Below, in pieces: positions 48,007 to 58,437 of a stretch of DNA of 64,000 nucleotides. Source of the DNA: a virus; IMG/VR virus record IMGVR_UViG_3300027733_000040, positions 32,989 to 96,988 of that record; one strand, written 5' to 3'. A program made the position numbers and the translations under genes. How positions within the stretch are numbered: position 1 is the first letter of the stretch; every line of letters starts with the position of its first letter. Below the pieces are notes generated by a model. It was not told where the DNA came from, ran no database searches, and was given only the letters and a program-made list of their open reading frames with translations.

Positions 48007-48410
48007 TGGCTATAGATCCAAAGGTCAATTATTATGGATATAATCCGCCATTTGTCGGCGGGCCTTCTGGTATATTATCAAGGCAGGAAGGCGATAAGTT
48101 AATAAAAAATGATCTGCTTCAATTATTATTAACACTTCCTGGCGAGCGAGTGATGATGCCTCTTTTTGGCACAGAACTACGCTCTACAGTTTTTGATCAG
48201 CTAGACGACGCTACAATTGAAATGTTAAAGCGCAATGTATCACAAGCCATAGCGCAATATGAGCCTAGGATCAGTGTCAGAAATATCTATTTTAGGCCAG
48301 ATTATGAGCGGCATGGTTTAGCTATTAGAATAGTCTATGTTATTTTAACAGAACCTGCCATAGTCCAGAACCTAGATACATTCATAAACAACGGTGGTCA
48401 AAATGGATAA
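48006..48410 (+). CDS. baseplate wedge protein gp25/GPW
   Basis: IKNDLLQLLLTLPGERVMMPLFGT..YEPRI. Confidence 0.9.
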   Translation: MAIDPKVNYYGYNPPFVGGPSGILSRQEGDKLIKNDLLQLLLTLPGERVMMPLFGTELRSTVFDQLDDATIEMLKRNVSQAIAQYEPRISVRNIYFRPDYERHGLAIRIVYVILTEPAIVQNLDTFINNGGQNG

Positions 48411-50022
48411 CAAGATCGAAACGACGATAGAATTACCTAATTCACCGCAACAAATAGGTGTGCTGCTAACGCCAGCTAACTTAAGAAACATAGATTTTAG
48501 TTCGTTAGATTTTAATACTGCTCGAAGAGCAATACTTGAATATATTAGAACTTATTACCCTAATGATTTTAACGATTTCGTTGCTAGTAACGGCGTGGTG
48601 ATGTTAACAGAAATAGTTGCTTCGACTATATCTAAATTATCGCTTAGAGCAGATCTTTTATCTAACGAAGCGACCTTGCCGACTTGTAAGACGATCGATG
48701 CATTGATTAACCATTTAGCATTAATTAATCAGAGAATGCTTCCGCAGACCGCCTCTAATACTAATATTGAGATAACTCTTACAGGGTCTGCATTAGGGTT
48801 TGACCTAAGAGTACCAGCCGGACAGATTTTTAATGTTACTGGTCCGGATAACGGTCAAGTATCATATGAAGTCTATAGGTCGCCAGATGATTTATTGGGC
48901 GATATTATTATCCCTGCTGGCAAGAGAGGCATCATAGCTTTTGGTCTCGAAGGTACTACGGTTGTGAATGATTCGATTGTCACCGTCGGCGGTGCTTCTC
49001 AGACCTATACCATCGTCGATTCGAATGTTTTGGAGTCGCCTCTAAAAGTCATTCTTAAAAACGGCATTATAGAAGAATATTATCAGACGACTACAGAGCC
49101 TATCGAATCATATGGCCCTAATGATAAGGTAGTAGAAGTCAGATTTTATTCTAGCTCTGTTACTTTAAGATTCGGCGATAACATTAATGGCTTCCAGCCA
49201 AGTGCTGGAAGTGCTTTAACATTTATCTATAGAAAGGGTGGCGGCATTAGAGGCAGGATAGGCGCAAACATTATTGACCAACTTAGACCGGTTTCGAACG
49301 ACACATACGCTGCGACGGCGGTTGTCAGGTTTAGAAACATTGTGCCGTCCTCAGGAGGCACCGACAGAGAGACGATGGACCAAGCCAAAAAGAGAGCGCC
49401 AAGAGAATATGCGGTTCGGAACAATATTGTAACTGCTGAAGATTATGCACAAGCCGCTCTATCTTTTAAACATCCTACTTATGGTGCAGTTAAAAAGGCT
49501 GTATCTGCACTATATTCAAACATTAATGCTAATCAAGTTAGATTATATGTTCTTGCCGAGGGAGTTAGTTCAAGACCTGTTACAGCAAGCGTAGGGTTAA
49601 AATTAGCTCTTAAATCATATATGGAGCAATTTAATGTTCTTACAGACGAAGTAGTTATAGCTGATGGCGCTATAAGGACGGTCGATGTCGAGCTTAATGT
49701 AGTGGTTAGTCGTGGCGCTGATGCATCAGTGGTTAAAGAAAAAGTAGAGGCATCAATCACAGATTTCTTTAATATCGATAAATGGGATATGGGACAGTCA
49801 TTATTTGTTAGTAATTTGGTGAAATCTCTCGAAAATATTGATGGTGTGGCGTATATTGATCTATTTAGTCCAGTTAATAACATCCTACCCAACAACCAGA
49901 TAATCGGGCCTGATTCTACTGGCGGAGTGGAAGGGATAGGGATCAATCAAGTAATATCTGAAGGTAAAAGAGTAACTGGTTATTATTATGAAAAACTTGT
50001 GTCTACGCCTAATATTAGCTAA
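48403..50022 (+). CDS. baseplate wedge protein (gp6 / baseplate J-like)
   Basis: DFSSLDF..FNDF, FGDNING..P, GGTDRET..KKRAP..VTAEDY. Confidence 0.88.
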   Translation: MDNKIETTIELPNSPQQIGVLLTPANLRNIDFSSLDFNTARRAILEYIRTYYPNDFNDFVASNGVVMLTEIVASTISKLSLRADLLSNEATLPTCKTIDALINHLALINQRMLPQTASNTNIEITLTGSALGFDLRVPAGQIFNVTGPDNGQVSYEVYRSPDDLLGDIIIPAGKRGIIAFGLEGTTVVNDSIVTVGGASQTYTIVDSNVLESPLKVILKNGIIEEYYQTTTEPIESYGPNDKVVEVRFYSSSVTLRFGDNINGFQPSAGSALTFIYRKGGGIRGRIGANIIDQLRPVSNDTYAATAVVRFRNIVPSSGGTDRETMDQAKKRAPREYAVRNNIVTAEDYAQAALSFKHPTYGAVKKAVSALYSNINANQVRLYVLAEGVSSRPVTASVGLKLALKSYMEQFNVLTDEVVIADGAIRTVDVELNVVVSRGADASVVKEKVEASITDFFNIDKWDMGQSLFVSNLVKSLENIDGVAYIDLFSPVNNILPNNQIIGPDSTGGVEGIGINQVISEGKRVTGYYYEKLVSTPNIS

Positions 50023-50291
50023 AAATTCCCATTAAGATCTTCTATGATTTTATAACGCATCTGATTTAGAATTCTAGACGTGTGCTTCGTTATTTCGAAC
50101 AATTCGCCTCTAAAAAACACCTTTGGTTTAAATTTATCGTTTTCATCAAACAGAACACAGAATGCCTTATTGATTCCTGTCTGTTCTAAAGACGCACCAA
50201 ATGATTCAATTACATGATTTGACTTCTCGTCAAAGATTCCTTGTGGCGCTTCTGAAGGCATGTCGGTTTGAGGTTCGCTTGATAACGTCAT
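50019..50291 (-). CDS. hypothetical protein
   Basis: AAGGA RBS. Confidence 0.6.
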   Translation of the reverse strand: MTLSSEPQTDMPSEAPQGIFDEKSNHVIESFGASLEQTGINKAFCVLFDENDKFKPKVFFRGELFEITKHTSRILNQMRYKIIEDLNGNF

Positions 50292-50330
50292 AATGGTTTC
50301 CTTAATTATTGGCTATGTATTTACAACGGT

Positions 50331-50981
50331 ATGGACACAGACTTAAACACTTTTGATCCTGAGCAAGTTTTTACCATTTGCCAAGATATTTACAAGGGCT
50401 TTGGTATAGATCTCAAGTTTCCTAAAGCCAGAGACGTCACCAAGACTTATCAATACCGGTATTTAACAGCTATCTGCGATAAATTCATACAGTGGGATCT
50501 TGATCTAAATGAGGTCAAGAGATTTCTTGCTATTGCCATAGGTAATTCTTTTAAGCACAAAACGATTAAAAAGGGTCTATCGGCATTACATCAGAAGAAT
50601 CTCCTGCAGATATCTTATGAACAATTGATCAGTAGTAATAATACCCTATCACAAATCGACCAGACATCTCAGTCTGTTTATCTGTTTCTAAAGCAGTTTT
50701 GTGATGAAAAAAGTGCTTACACGATCCTTAGCAAACGCGAAGGGCCACGATCTAATATGGTATTAACGAATTTATTTCAAGCTGGTAAAATAAATATCGA
50801 ATTTTTGGCTATCAATAATTTGTGTAGGAGAATTGCAATGGATGCAATTTCAAAAGATTTACAGGACGCAATGTTCTTGCCAACTCTCGGAAAGCTCTAT
50901 GTCGTAAATCGAGATCTTTCTGCGAACAATGCTAATTTTACTAATTTTAAAACCATAAAGGAATGGGGTTCACTTTCATGA
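50331..50981 (+). CDS. hypothetical protein
   Basis: 216 aa ORF overlapping the RNR start. Confidence 0.65.
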   Translation: MDTDLNTFDPEQVFTICQDIYKGFGIDLKFPKARDVTKTYQYRYLTAICDKFIQWDLDLNEVKRFLAIAIGNSFKHKTIKKGLSALHQKNLLQISYEQLISSNNTLSQIDQTSQSVYLFLKQFCDEKSAYTILSKREGPRSNMVLTNLFQAGKINIEFLAINNLCRRIAMDAISKDLQDAMFLPTLGKLYVVNRDLSANNANFTNFKTIKEWGSLS

Positions 50982-53900
50982 CTAAATTGACAACCGGCTT
51001 TAGGACTTATCTTAACGATGGTACAGCGAATGATTCTGTAGGTCATTTTAAATTAAGTGCTGATTTTTTAAAAAGTTTTGCCGGCACTAAACCAAAATTC
51101 GGATTTAATGGCTTGGGAGAATTCGTTTTCTATAGGACTTATTCCAGAGTTAAGAAGGATGGGTCGAAAGAAACATTTCTAGATATGGCTATCAGAGTCA
51201 TAGAAGGCTGTTATGAAATTCAGAGGTTACATTGCAAGAAGTTTCACATTCCTTATGATTTAGGCAAAGCACAAAGATCAGCGCAAGAAATGTTCATAAG
51301 AATGTGGGAATTTAAATTTCTACCGCCGGGACGTGGTCTTTGGATGATGGGTACCGATTTCATGTGGGAAAAAGGCTCCGCTTCATTGAACAATTGTGCT
51401 TTCGTTTCGACGGACGACAAGATAGAAGCTGATCCAGCCGAGCCATTTTGCTTTTTGATGGATATGAGTCTGCTTGGCGTTGGCGTCGGTTTCGACACTA
51501 AGGGAGCCGGCAAGGTTAAGATTAATAGGCCAAGTGATATTATTAAGCCATACTTGATATCAGATTCGAGAGAGGGCTGGGTTGATAGTGTAAGGTCATT
51601 GATCCATAGTTATACTACGAACAGCAACGAAGGATCGCTAGAATTTGACTATTCAATAATCAGACCGGCCAACGCTCCGATAAAAGGCTTTGGCGGTAAG
51701 GCCGCAGGGCCTGGGATATTACAAGAACTGCATGAACTTATTAGAAATCACTTAACTAGGCGAATTGGCAGCACTTTGTCTAGCGTTGATATTACTGATA
51801 TCATGAATTATATCGGAAGATGCGTGGTGGCAGGCAATGTAAGACGATGTTTACCCAAGGGTACGTTGGTCCATCTTAAACGCGGTTTAGTGCCTATCGA
51901 ACAAGTGCAGGTCGGTGATCTTGTCCTTACCGCCGACGGTTATCATCCCGTGGCTGAGAATGTAGCCCAAGGGATTCAAAGGGTTATTACTATTAATAGC
52001 CAGACTGGGCCGTTCCGCTGCACCGATCGCCACAGGATAGCAGTGATGACAGGTGTTGGTGTTTATGAGTGGAAACGAGCACACCAGCTTAAAGCCGGCG
52101 ATCGGATGGTCTTTGTTGATGCTATTATACCCGGCACTCCAACCGTCATGCCTGGATACAGTGATTTGTCGACACGTGGTAATAATTTAGTAGTGCCTGG
52201 TCTTACCGCAGAAGTAGCTTGGTTTCTAGGAGCGATTCAGGGTGATGGTTACGTTTATCTTGGTAGACAATATAAAGCCCGCCAGAATCATGGTGCATCG
52301 GTCTCCATTCCGATCAACCGTGACGAATACCACGATCTGATTACCGAAAAAGCAATTGCTGGTTTCGCCGTCTTTGGGTTTACACCTAGGGAGCAACCTA
52401 CTCAGGACAATAGTCGTAAAATTAGAGTAACATCTAGAAGGTTCGCTCAATATCTTCATTCTAATCTCAAACAAGCAAAGACACCTTTAAATGTTCCAGA
52501 ATATATCAGACTTGGCTTGCCAGAGATTAGGGCGGCATATTTGGCTGGTTTATTAGATTCCGATGGTTCTACTAAGAATCGTCCAGCCACCATGATTTCG
52601 AGCATTTACAGAGATTTCTTAAGACAGGTTCAAGCAGTTTATTCTAGCCTAGGAATTCCGACCAAGCTAAGACTTCGCAAAGAAGCTGATGATAAAGGTC
52701 AAGCTAAGTGGGATATTTCTCTAGTAGGTGATTTTGCCATTGCACGGTTTAGGGATTTAATACAACCGCATGCCGTCAAGACGCTACGCGAAACCACTCA
52801 TTCTAGTGGCCATGACTATGGATATCCAGCAGAATGGATAAATCGTGACAATGTCAATTATGGTAGATCTTGGTCCCCTCAACAAAATCAGATGACCTAT
52901 AGCCGCGCTTTACTATGCGACGCAAAGACTGCTTACTTGGTGCCTATCGAAGTAGAGTCAGTCGTTGACGAAGGCATTATGGTAGAGACTTTTGATCTTT
53001 CGGTTCCTGATCGTAGCGAATTCGTGGCAGAGGGTAGACTGGTCCACAACACTGCCGAAATTGCCTTTGGTAATGCTGATGATTTTGCTTACAGTAGCAT
53101 GAAAAATCCGATTGCTACGTTGAATATAGAGGAAGTGGCTAAGTTTTATGAGTGTACACAGAAGATATATTCTTCGATGCGCAGTGAAGCTACTCTTGAG
53201 GATTTTAATGGGTCAGGAATCCCAGAAGAAAGACTTATCCCTGCGATAGAGACTTGGAATGCTCTTAACCATCACAGATGGGCATCAAACAATTCTGTCT
53301 TCGCAAATGTTGGTATGAATTATGACAAGATAGGCGAACAAATAGCTGCCAATGGTGAGCCAGGACTAATCTGGCTCGACAACATTCGGGACTATGGAAG
53401 AATGATTGACGGCAGGCAGCCGGGTATTGATGGCAGGGTGATGGGTACTAACCCTTGCTGTGAACAGTCGTTAGAATCGTACGAATTATGTTGCCTCTGC
53501 GAGACATTTCCAGCTAATCATGATAATGTCGATGATTACATGAGGACTTTAAAATTCGCTTATCTTTATGCCAAGACTGTCACTTTGCTACCTACCCACA
53601 ATGCCCGCACTAATCATGTAATGCTTAGAAATAGGCGTATTGGTTTATCACAGTCAGGCATAGTTCAAGCGTTCGCTAAATTCGGCAGGCGCAAGATGCT
53701 TACTGAATTCTGCGATGCAGGGTTCCAAGAGATTAAGCGATGGGATTCGATTTATGCTGATTGGCTATGTATTCAGAAGTCTATCAAAGTGACAAGTGTT
53801 AAGCCATCTGGATCGGTTTCCTTGCTGGCTGGCGCTACTCCAGGTATTCATTATCCAGAAGCTGGTACCTATTGGCGTACCGTTAGGGTGGCTAAAGAAA

Positions 53901-54343
53901 GTATTCTAGTTAAGATCTTGTCTGATGCCGGTTATCGAATCGAGCCGTCTATTACTGATAAAGACAGGACTGTCGTGGTGTACTTCGGTGTCACAGACGA
54001 GAGGGTGCAAGCCGTTGACGAGGCCGGTATCTGGCAACAGATGGCTAATGCTACAGACTATCAGCGTTATTGGGCTGATAATCAGGTTAGCTGCACCATT
54101 AAGTTTAAGCAGAATGAGGCGAAAGAGATTAGTAAGGTACTTGAGGTTTACGAAGACCAGACTAAGGGCATTAGCTTCCTTCCACATACTGGGCATAATT
54201 ATCCCCAGGCCCCTTATATCCCATGTACCAAAGAAGAAGTCGACGAATATAATAAGGGTATTAGAGATGCCGACTATTCTGAATTTATCAATGAAGCTCT
54301 AGGCAGCAAGTTCTGCGACGGTGACAATTGCGAGTTAAGCTAG
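50963..54343 (+). CDS. nrdJ: class II (B12-dependent, monomeric RTPR-type) ribonucleotide reductase containing an intein
   Basis: RTYSR, PPGRGLW, NNC, GVGFD, VVAGNVRR/TAEI, GEPG, NPCCEQSL, KPSGSVS, C-terminal FCDGDNC. Confidence 0.93.
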   Translation: MGFTFMTKLTTGFRTYLNDGTANDSVGHFKLSADFLKSFAGTKPKFGFNGLGEFVFYRTYSRVKKDGSKETFLDMAIRVIEGCYEIQRLHCKKFHIPYDLGKAQRSAQEMFIRMWEFKFLPPGRGLWMMGTDFMWEKGSASLNNCAFVSTDDKIEADPAEPFCFLMDMSLLGVGVGFDTKGAGKVKINRPSDIIKPYLISDSREGWVDSVRSLIHSYTTNSNEGSLEFDYSIIRPANAPIKGFGGKAAGPGILQELHELIRNHLTRRIGSTLSSVDITDIMNYIGRCVVAGNVRRCLPKGTLVHLKRGLVPIEQVQVGDLVLTADGYHPVAENVAQGIQRVITINSQTGPFRCTDRHRIAVMTGVGVYEWKRAHQLKAGDRMVFVDAIIPGTPTVMPGYSDLSTRGNNLVVPGLTAEVAWFLGAIQGDGYVYLGRQYKARQNHGASVSIPINRDEYHDLITEKAIAGFAVFGFTPREQPTQDNSRKIRVTSRRFAQYLHSNLKQAKTPLNVPEYIRLGLPEIRAAYLAGLLDSDGSTKNRPATMISSIYRDFLRQVQAVYSSLGIPTKLRLRKEADDKGQAKWDISLVGDFAIARFRDLIQPHAVKTLRETTHSSGHDYGYPAEWINRDNVNYGRSWSPQQNQMTYSRALLCDAKTAYLVPIEVESVVDEGIMVETFDLSVPDRSEFVAEGRLVHNTAEIAFGNADDFAYSSMKNPIATLNIEEVAKFYECTQKIYSSMRSEATLEDFNGSGIPEERLIPAIETWNALNHHRWASNNSVFANVGMNYDKIGEQIAANGEPGLIWLDNIRDYGRMIDGRQPGIDGRVMGTNPCCEQSLESYELCCLCETFPANHDNVDDYMRTLKFAYLYAKTVTLLPTHNARTNHVMLRNRRIGLSQSGIVQAFAKFGRRKMLTEFCDAGFQEIKRWDSIYADWLCIQKSIKVTSVKPSGSVSLLAGATPGIHYPEAGTYWRTVRVAKESILVKILSDAGYRIEPSITDKDRTVVVYFGVTDERVQAVDEAGIWQQMANATDYQRYWADNQVSCTIKFKQNEAKEISKVLEVYEDQTKGISFLPHTGHNYPQAPYIPCTKEEVDEYNKGIRDADYSEFINEALGSKFCDGDNCELS
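51848..53050 (+). mobile_element. intein (401 aa) with LAGLIDADG homing endonuclease in nrdJ
   Basis: starts CLPKGT, block B TDRH, endonuclease blocks FLGAIQGDG and LAGLLDSDG, ends LVHN followed by Thr. Confidence 0.93.
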
Positions 54344-54360
54344 ATCAAATATAGCCTATT

Positions 54361-54690
54361 ATGTTACAAGGGTACACTGATATGGCTAGGATAGATATAA
54401 ATAAGCTTGCAAGGATGATCACAGAAGATCCGAATGTGTTTCTAGAATACGATACTTTATCTGAAAGTTATCCGATGTCTAGAGATGAGCCTGGAAAAGT
54501 AGCAGGTGACCCTAATAGGCCTTTAGTTAAGGCTCGCCAAGCAATCACCGATTACGGCATGAAAATAAGGCATGCGAATAGACGGGGTGAAAAAGAAGCA
54601 GCAGATAATTTTAGAAATGAATTACGAAAAATATTAGACGACCTTAAATATGATTGGCAAGGTGATCCCTATGCTTTAGAACTATTCTAA
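54361..54690 (+). CDS. hypothetical protein
   Basis: 109 aa ORF; AAATATA upstream. Confidence 0.6.
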   Translation: MLQGYTDMARIDINKLARMITEDPNVFLEYDTLSESYPMSRDEPGKVAGDPNRPLVKARQAITDYGMKIRHANRRGEKEAADNFRNELRKILDDLKYDWQGDPYALELF

Positions 54691-54729
54691 GAATAGGTCA
54701 AATAAAGCTTTGTACACCGAAAATAAACG

Positions 54730-54996
54730 ATGGTTGATATTATGCCGATAAACGATAAATGTTGCAGAATAGATAATAGTCACACCCATTGTGCGTGCTG
54801 CGATAGGATCATGTCTGAAAGCAGCCAAGAAATAAGCTTTTGTTCTATAGAATGTGCTTGCTATTCAGGCCGCTACTCTATAAGGGAAGGTTGGATTCAT
54901 AGCGACCAGCCCATTCAAAAGACGACACCTAAGATGCCATGGTACCTGCCAGAAGAAAAGCACCAAGAACACATTAAAACTATAACCGGAAAATAA
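54730..54996 (+). CDS. small Cys-rich zinc-finger protein
   Basis: CACC..FCSIEC motif. Confidence 0.55.
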   Translation: MVDIMPINDKCCRIDNSHTHCACCDRIMSESSQEISFCSIECACYSGRYSIREGWIHSDQPIQKTTPKMPWYLPEEKHQEHIKTITGK

Positions 54997-55017
54997 TTAT
55001 CGATGTATTAATAAGAT

Positions 55018-56610
55018 ATGAATGCAATCATACGCGACAATAATTTTGTATATTTCGAAAACATCACCCAGCATGAAGACAATGTGCTCTGGGAGGCTTT
55101 CAGCGTCTCAAGACCTGGGACTTACATAGATCCTAACCAGCGAGGGCAATGGGATGGTGTCTATAGAAAATATAATCGATCAAGAAAGAAGATCGCAAGG
55201 CCTTTGTTGGCTCTAGTGATCGAAGTGTGTAAGAAGCATAATTTACCGCTTTCTATAACCGATGCCAGAGATACTTGGGGATATCCAGTCCCGACTGTTG
55301 ACATCGTAACCGCTGATATGCTACCAGATATTACCCTTGAAGAATACCAGCTTACTTCGATAAGAGAAGCAATTACCAATGAATGTGGGATCATTGCTTT
55401 ACCAACTGGTGCCGGTAAGACAGAGGTGGCTTGTGCTATCTGTAAGATCTTCGACTGCCCTACGGTCATTCTGGCTGATCAGACAATTGTTGTAGAACAG
55501 GCGCGATCACGTTTATTGTTACGGGATATTAAGGATGAAGTAGGGATGTTTTATGCTGGGCATAAGCCCAATGGTCAGACTATTGTCGTAGGTTCGATAC
55601 AGTCTCTTTCACCACCTAAAGCGGCACCGGTACCGCCCAAGCATCTTAAAGGCGAGGATGAACACCAATATACCAAGCGTTATAATAAGTTCGAGAATCA
55701 GCTTAAAGCATTCGAGACCCGTAAGGCGAATGCTAATGAATTATTAGATTATATTCATAAAGCTGAAATGTTACTAGTCGATGAATGCGACAAGGCTTGC
55801 AGTGAATCATATAAAAATCTTTTTAGGAATCACTTTCATGGCCGTAGAAGATATGGTTTTAGTGGTACTCCTACTGATCCTTCTAAGCCGGTTGAAGCTT
55901 TGGTGGTGCAGGAGCATTTAGGGTCGATTATTCACAGAGTCGACAGGGCTTTATTAACCAGCCTTGGAAGGATTATCCCTTGTGAGTACAAGATGTTTTG
56001 TGTCGGCGGTCAGGGCGATATCAAGGAGTCGACGGCTTATGATATAGCTATAAATGATTTTATGGTAGAAAACGCCGATTTTCATTCCTTAATATATCGT
56101 ATAGCTACTAATAAATTACCAGAAGGTGATGGAGTACTAATTTTAGTAGATAGAGAGGCTCTTGGCCGTAGTTTGCTCGAATTGTTTAATAGTGCTGGTT
56201 ATCCAGCACATTTTATTTTCGGTAAGACTGATAAGAATACACGCAGGGAAGTAATTAGGGACTTTGAGGATAGGAAGTTCCAGATTCTTATCGGTGGAAA
56301 AATAATCAATCGGGGTTTAGATTTAAAAGGCGGATGCGAGAGGTTGATTTTGGCTACTGGTGGTAAATTGCAATCGGATTTCGAGCAGAAAATAGGTCGA
56401 GCCTTGCGGCTAAATAAACGCGGAAAGAGTGTTATATATGATTTTTATTTCCGAAATAACAAATACCTATATAACCACTCTAAAGCAAGGTTGAAGATAA
56501 TAGATCACATAGGCTATCCGTCTACCGTGATCTTTCCGAATGGTGTACTAGATGGAAGCGAACTCATCAGATCCAGATTTAAAGTGCCCAGCGCATTATT
56601 TGGTAAGTGA
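55018..56610 (+). CDS. UvsW-like superfamily 2 helicase
   Basis: LPTGAGKT, DECD, GFSGTP, RGLD, QKIGRALR. Confidence 0.9.
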   Translation: MNAIIRDNNFVYFENITQHEDNVLWEAFSVSRPGTYIDPNQRGQWDGVYRKYNRSRKKIARPLLALVIEVCKKHNLPLSITDARDTWGYPVPTVDIVTADMLPDITLEEYQLTSIREAITNECGIIALPTGAGKTEVACAICKIFDCPTVILADQTIVVEQARSRLLLRDIKDEVGMFYAGHKPNGQTIVVGSIQSLSPPKAAPVPPKHLKGEDEHQYTKRYNKFENQLKAFETRKANANELLDYIHKAEMLLVDECDKACSESYKNLFRNHFHGRRRYGFSGTPTDPSKPVEALVVQEHLGSIIHRVDRALLTSLGRIIPCEYKMFCVGGQGDIKESTAYDIAINDFMVENADFHSLIYRIATNKLPEGDGVLILVDREALGRSLLELFNSAGYPAHFIFGKTDKNTRREVIRDFEDRKFQILIGGKIINRGLDLKGGCERLILATGGKLQSDFEQKIGRALRLNKRGKSVIYDFYFRNNKYLYNHSKARLKIIDHIGYPSTVIFPNGVLDGSELIRSRFKVPSALFGK

Positions 56611-57505
56611 TGCCTCTGAAGTACCTAAACGCTTATATTTTATAAATGAAATAGTAGAATGGAATTTAACCAAGTATATTTGGACAGGATGTACCGACGT
56701 AGGTCTACGTGACGCTATTATGTCCAATGCTTCTGAATTGATTAGGCAGATCATCAGGAAGCAAGGTCTTCATATGATCTACCCAGGCCAAGAAGACTCC
56801 TCCATGGGAGATCTAGTAAATACCGCTTGGTGCCAAGTCGAAAAAGTTCTATATAAATATAAAGCTAGACCACATTGTCGAAGATGTTATAATCCAGACA
56901 GACCAAGCGATTCAATTCTATATTCGCCAAGCCAATTAGAATATGGTATTCTAAAATTAGAAGACACGGTTAAGCTCATCAAAAAGTGTAAAGTGTGCAA
57001 TTTAACGTTTTCAGAAGCTCCGATCATAGAGCCGAAGCAGGGTTTATTCGGCGGTTCTACCACTATATTATATAAGGGCGCAAGTAAAGTATTCAATATG
57101 TGGTCGCAGGTTGCGAGAACCGTCATATTAGCATATATCAAGAAAGAAGGACGTGATAGAAAAAACAGTGACGCCTATCTTAACCACGTCGGTACAAAGA
57201 CTAAAACTCAGAATGACGTTATGGCTAGATTCCTCGGCGAAGCCAAGAACATATGCCAATATAATGAAGAACATATTATTATAATCGAGGCATTAGATCT
57301 ATTGATACGGACTGATGATAAACCCCATGATGGTTTAGTCGGAAAATTGATAGAAAAAACTAAATTATCGAGATTTATAATTACTGGATTTTTAAAATTA
57401 CTCAAATTAAGAAGCACAGAATTTACCGATTCGCCAATAAACCGAGGGTCCACCAATAACTCCCTTGAGCGCAAAAAAGTAATACTCGACGAAGAGGAAG
57501 AGTAA
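56552..57505 (+). CDS. gp55-like sigma factor with zinc-finger insertion
   Basis: LYFINE..DLVNTAWCQVEKVLYKY [CRRC..CKVC insert] SKVFNMWSQVARTVILAYIKKE. Confidence 0.55.
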   Translation: MEANSSDPDLKCPAHYLVSDASEVPKRLYFINEIVEWNLTKYIWTGCTDVGLRDAIMSNASELIRQIIRKQGLHMIYPGQEDSSMGDLVNTAWCQVEKVLYKYKARPHCRRCYNPDRPSDSILYSPSQLEYGILKLEDTVKLIKKCKVCNLTFSEAPIIEPKQGLFGGSTTILYKGASKVFNMWSQVARTVILAYIKKEGRDRKNSDAYLNHVGTKTKTQNDVMARFLGEAKNICQYNEEHIIIIEALDLLIRTDDKPHDGLVGKLIEKTKLSRFIITGFLKLLKLRSTEFTDSPINRGSTNNSLERKKVILDEEEE

Positions 57506-57506
57506 A

Positions 57507-57956
57507 ATGAAATACGATCTAATAGTAGAAAAAATCGCTGATCAGTCATTAACCTTGGAAGAATTCAATAGTTTTATTGCCGAATCTATGGGCGGCTCAG
57601 TCGTAGAGAGAGTTCGCAGGCGGACCAGAGTCGGCAAAAAGAATAGGATTGATAATCCGACTGGGCATAGTAGGGTAAAGCCTTTTGATCTTGCTGGAAG
57701 AGTTCACCCCAAAAAAAGGCCCATCGACCAAATGAGTCATGGTGCTACTAAGCAAGCTCATGAAAAGAGTACAAGGACACAACGCAAAAAAGCCAAGGCT
57801 GTCCATACTGAAGGTAAACTAGATAAATTGTTAAAATTGATAGATGATCAAAAGATTACTGTAACAGAATTACATGATAAGTTGGCGGCTTCTAATCTAT
57901 CAGTGTCTTTGATGGAAAAAAACGTCGAGGAAAAATCGGATGACAGAACTAAATGA
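57507..57956 (+). CDS. hypothetical basic protein
   Basis: GAGG RBS; Arg/Lys-rich centre. Confidence 0.6.
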   Translation: MKYDLIVEKIADQSLTLEEFNSFIAESMGGSVVERVRRRTRVGKKNRIDNPTGHSRVKPFDLAGRVHPKKRPIDQMSHGATKQAHEKSTRTQRKKAKAVHTEGKLDKLLKLIDDQKITVTELHDKLAASNLSVSLMEKNVEEKSDDRTK

Positions 57957-58437
57957 TTTATTTAGAGATTTAGACAAGGCCAGCGATCAAGTTCCTTCTA
58001 CACTAGACTTAGCCAATGTGGCACCACATGTTATTTCTACTGAAAATCCTAATAACGCAAGCGTTGAACCAGAAGCCGTCGATATAACCAAGTACTTGCG
58101 TAGACTCGATGATGTTACTGATGATGTTTTAAAGGCATGCAAGGCGGATAGAGCAGAGACCCAAGACCTTATAAATTTATTGCGCGATCAAGTAGAAAAT
58201 GCTATAGGAACTGGTTCTAAATTGTCTACTGGTATAATAGAATCGCTAGTAAAAGCAATCGAAGTTAAGTCTAATATTAACACCACAGCTGTTAAAATGA
58301 TCGAAGCCAATGCTAAAACTTTGGCTGCCACTAAGTCTAGCATAAATATCCAGCAAAATACTGTGAGCGCTGGGATCGATTCGAACATGCTAGAAAGAAT
58401 TTTAAGCCAACCACTAGGCGAAAATGATGACGTATGA
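57940..58437 (+). CDS. putative terminase small subunit
   Basis: helical protein with an ATGA overlap to terL; ends with an INIQQN-type strand; call rests mainly on position. Confidence 0.45.
   Translation: MTELNDLFRDLDKASDQVPSTLDLANVAPHVISTENPNNASVEPEAVDITKYLRRLDDVTDDVLKACKADRAETQDLINLLRDQVENAIGTGSKLSTGIIESLVKAIEVKSNINTTAVKMIEANAKTLAATKSSINIQQNTVSAGIDSNMLERILSQPLGENDDV

Noticed and set aside
28053-50022. Bacterial eCIS, tailocin or T6SS locus
   Set aside because: Terminase, portal, neck and replication genes are present, so this is a phage.
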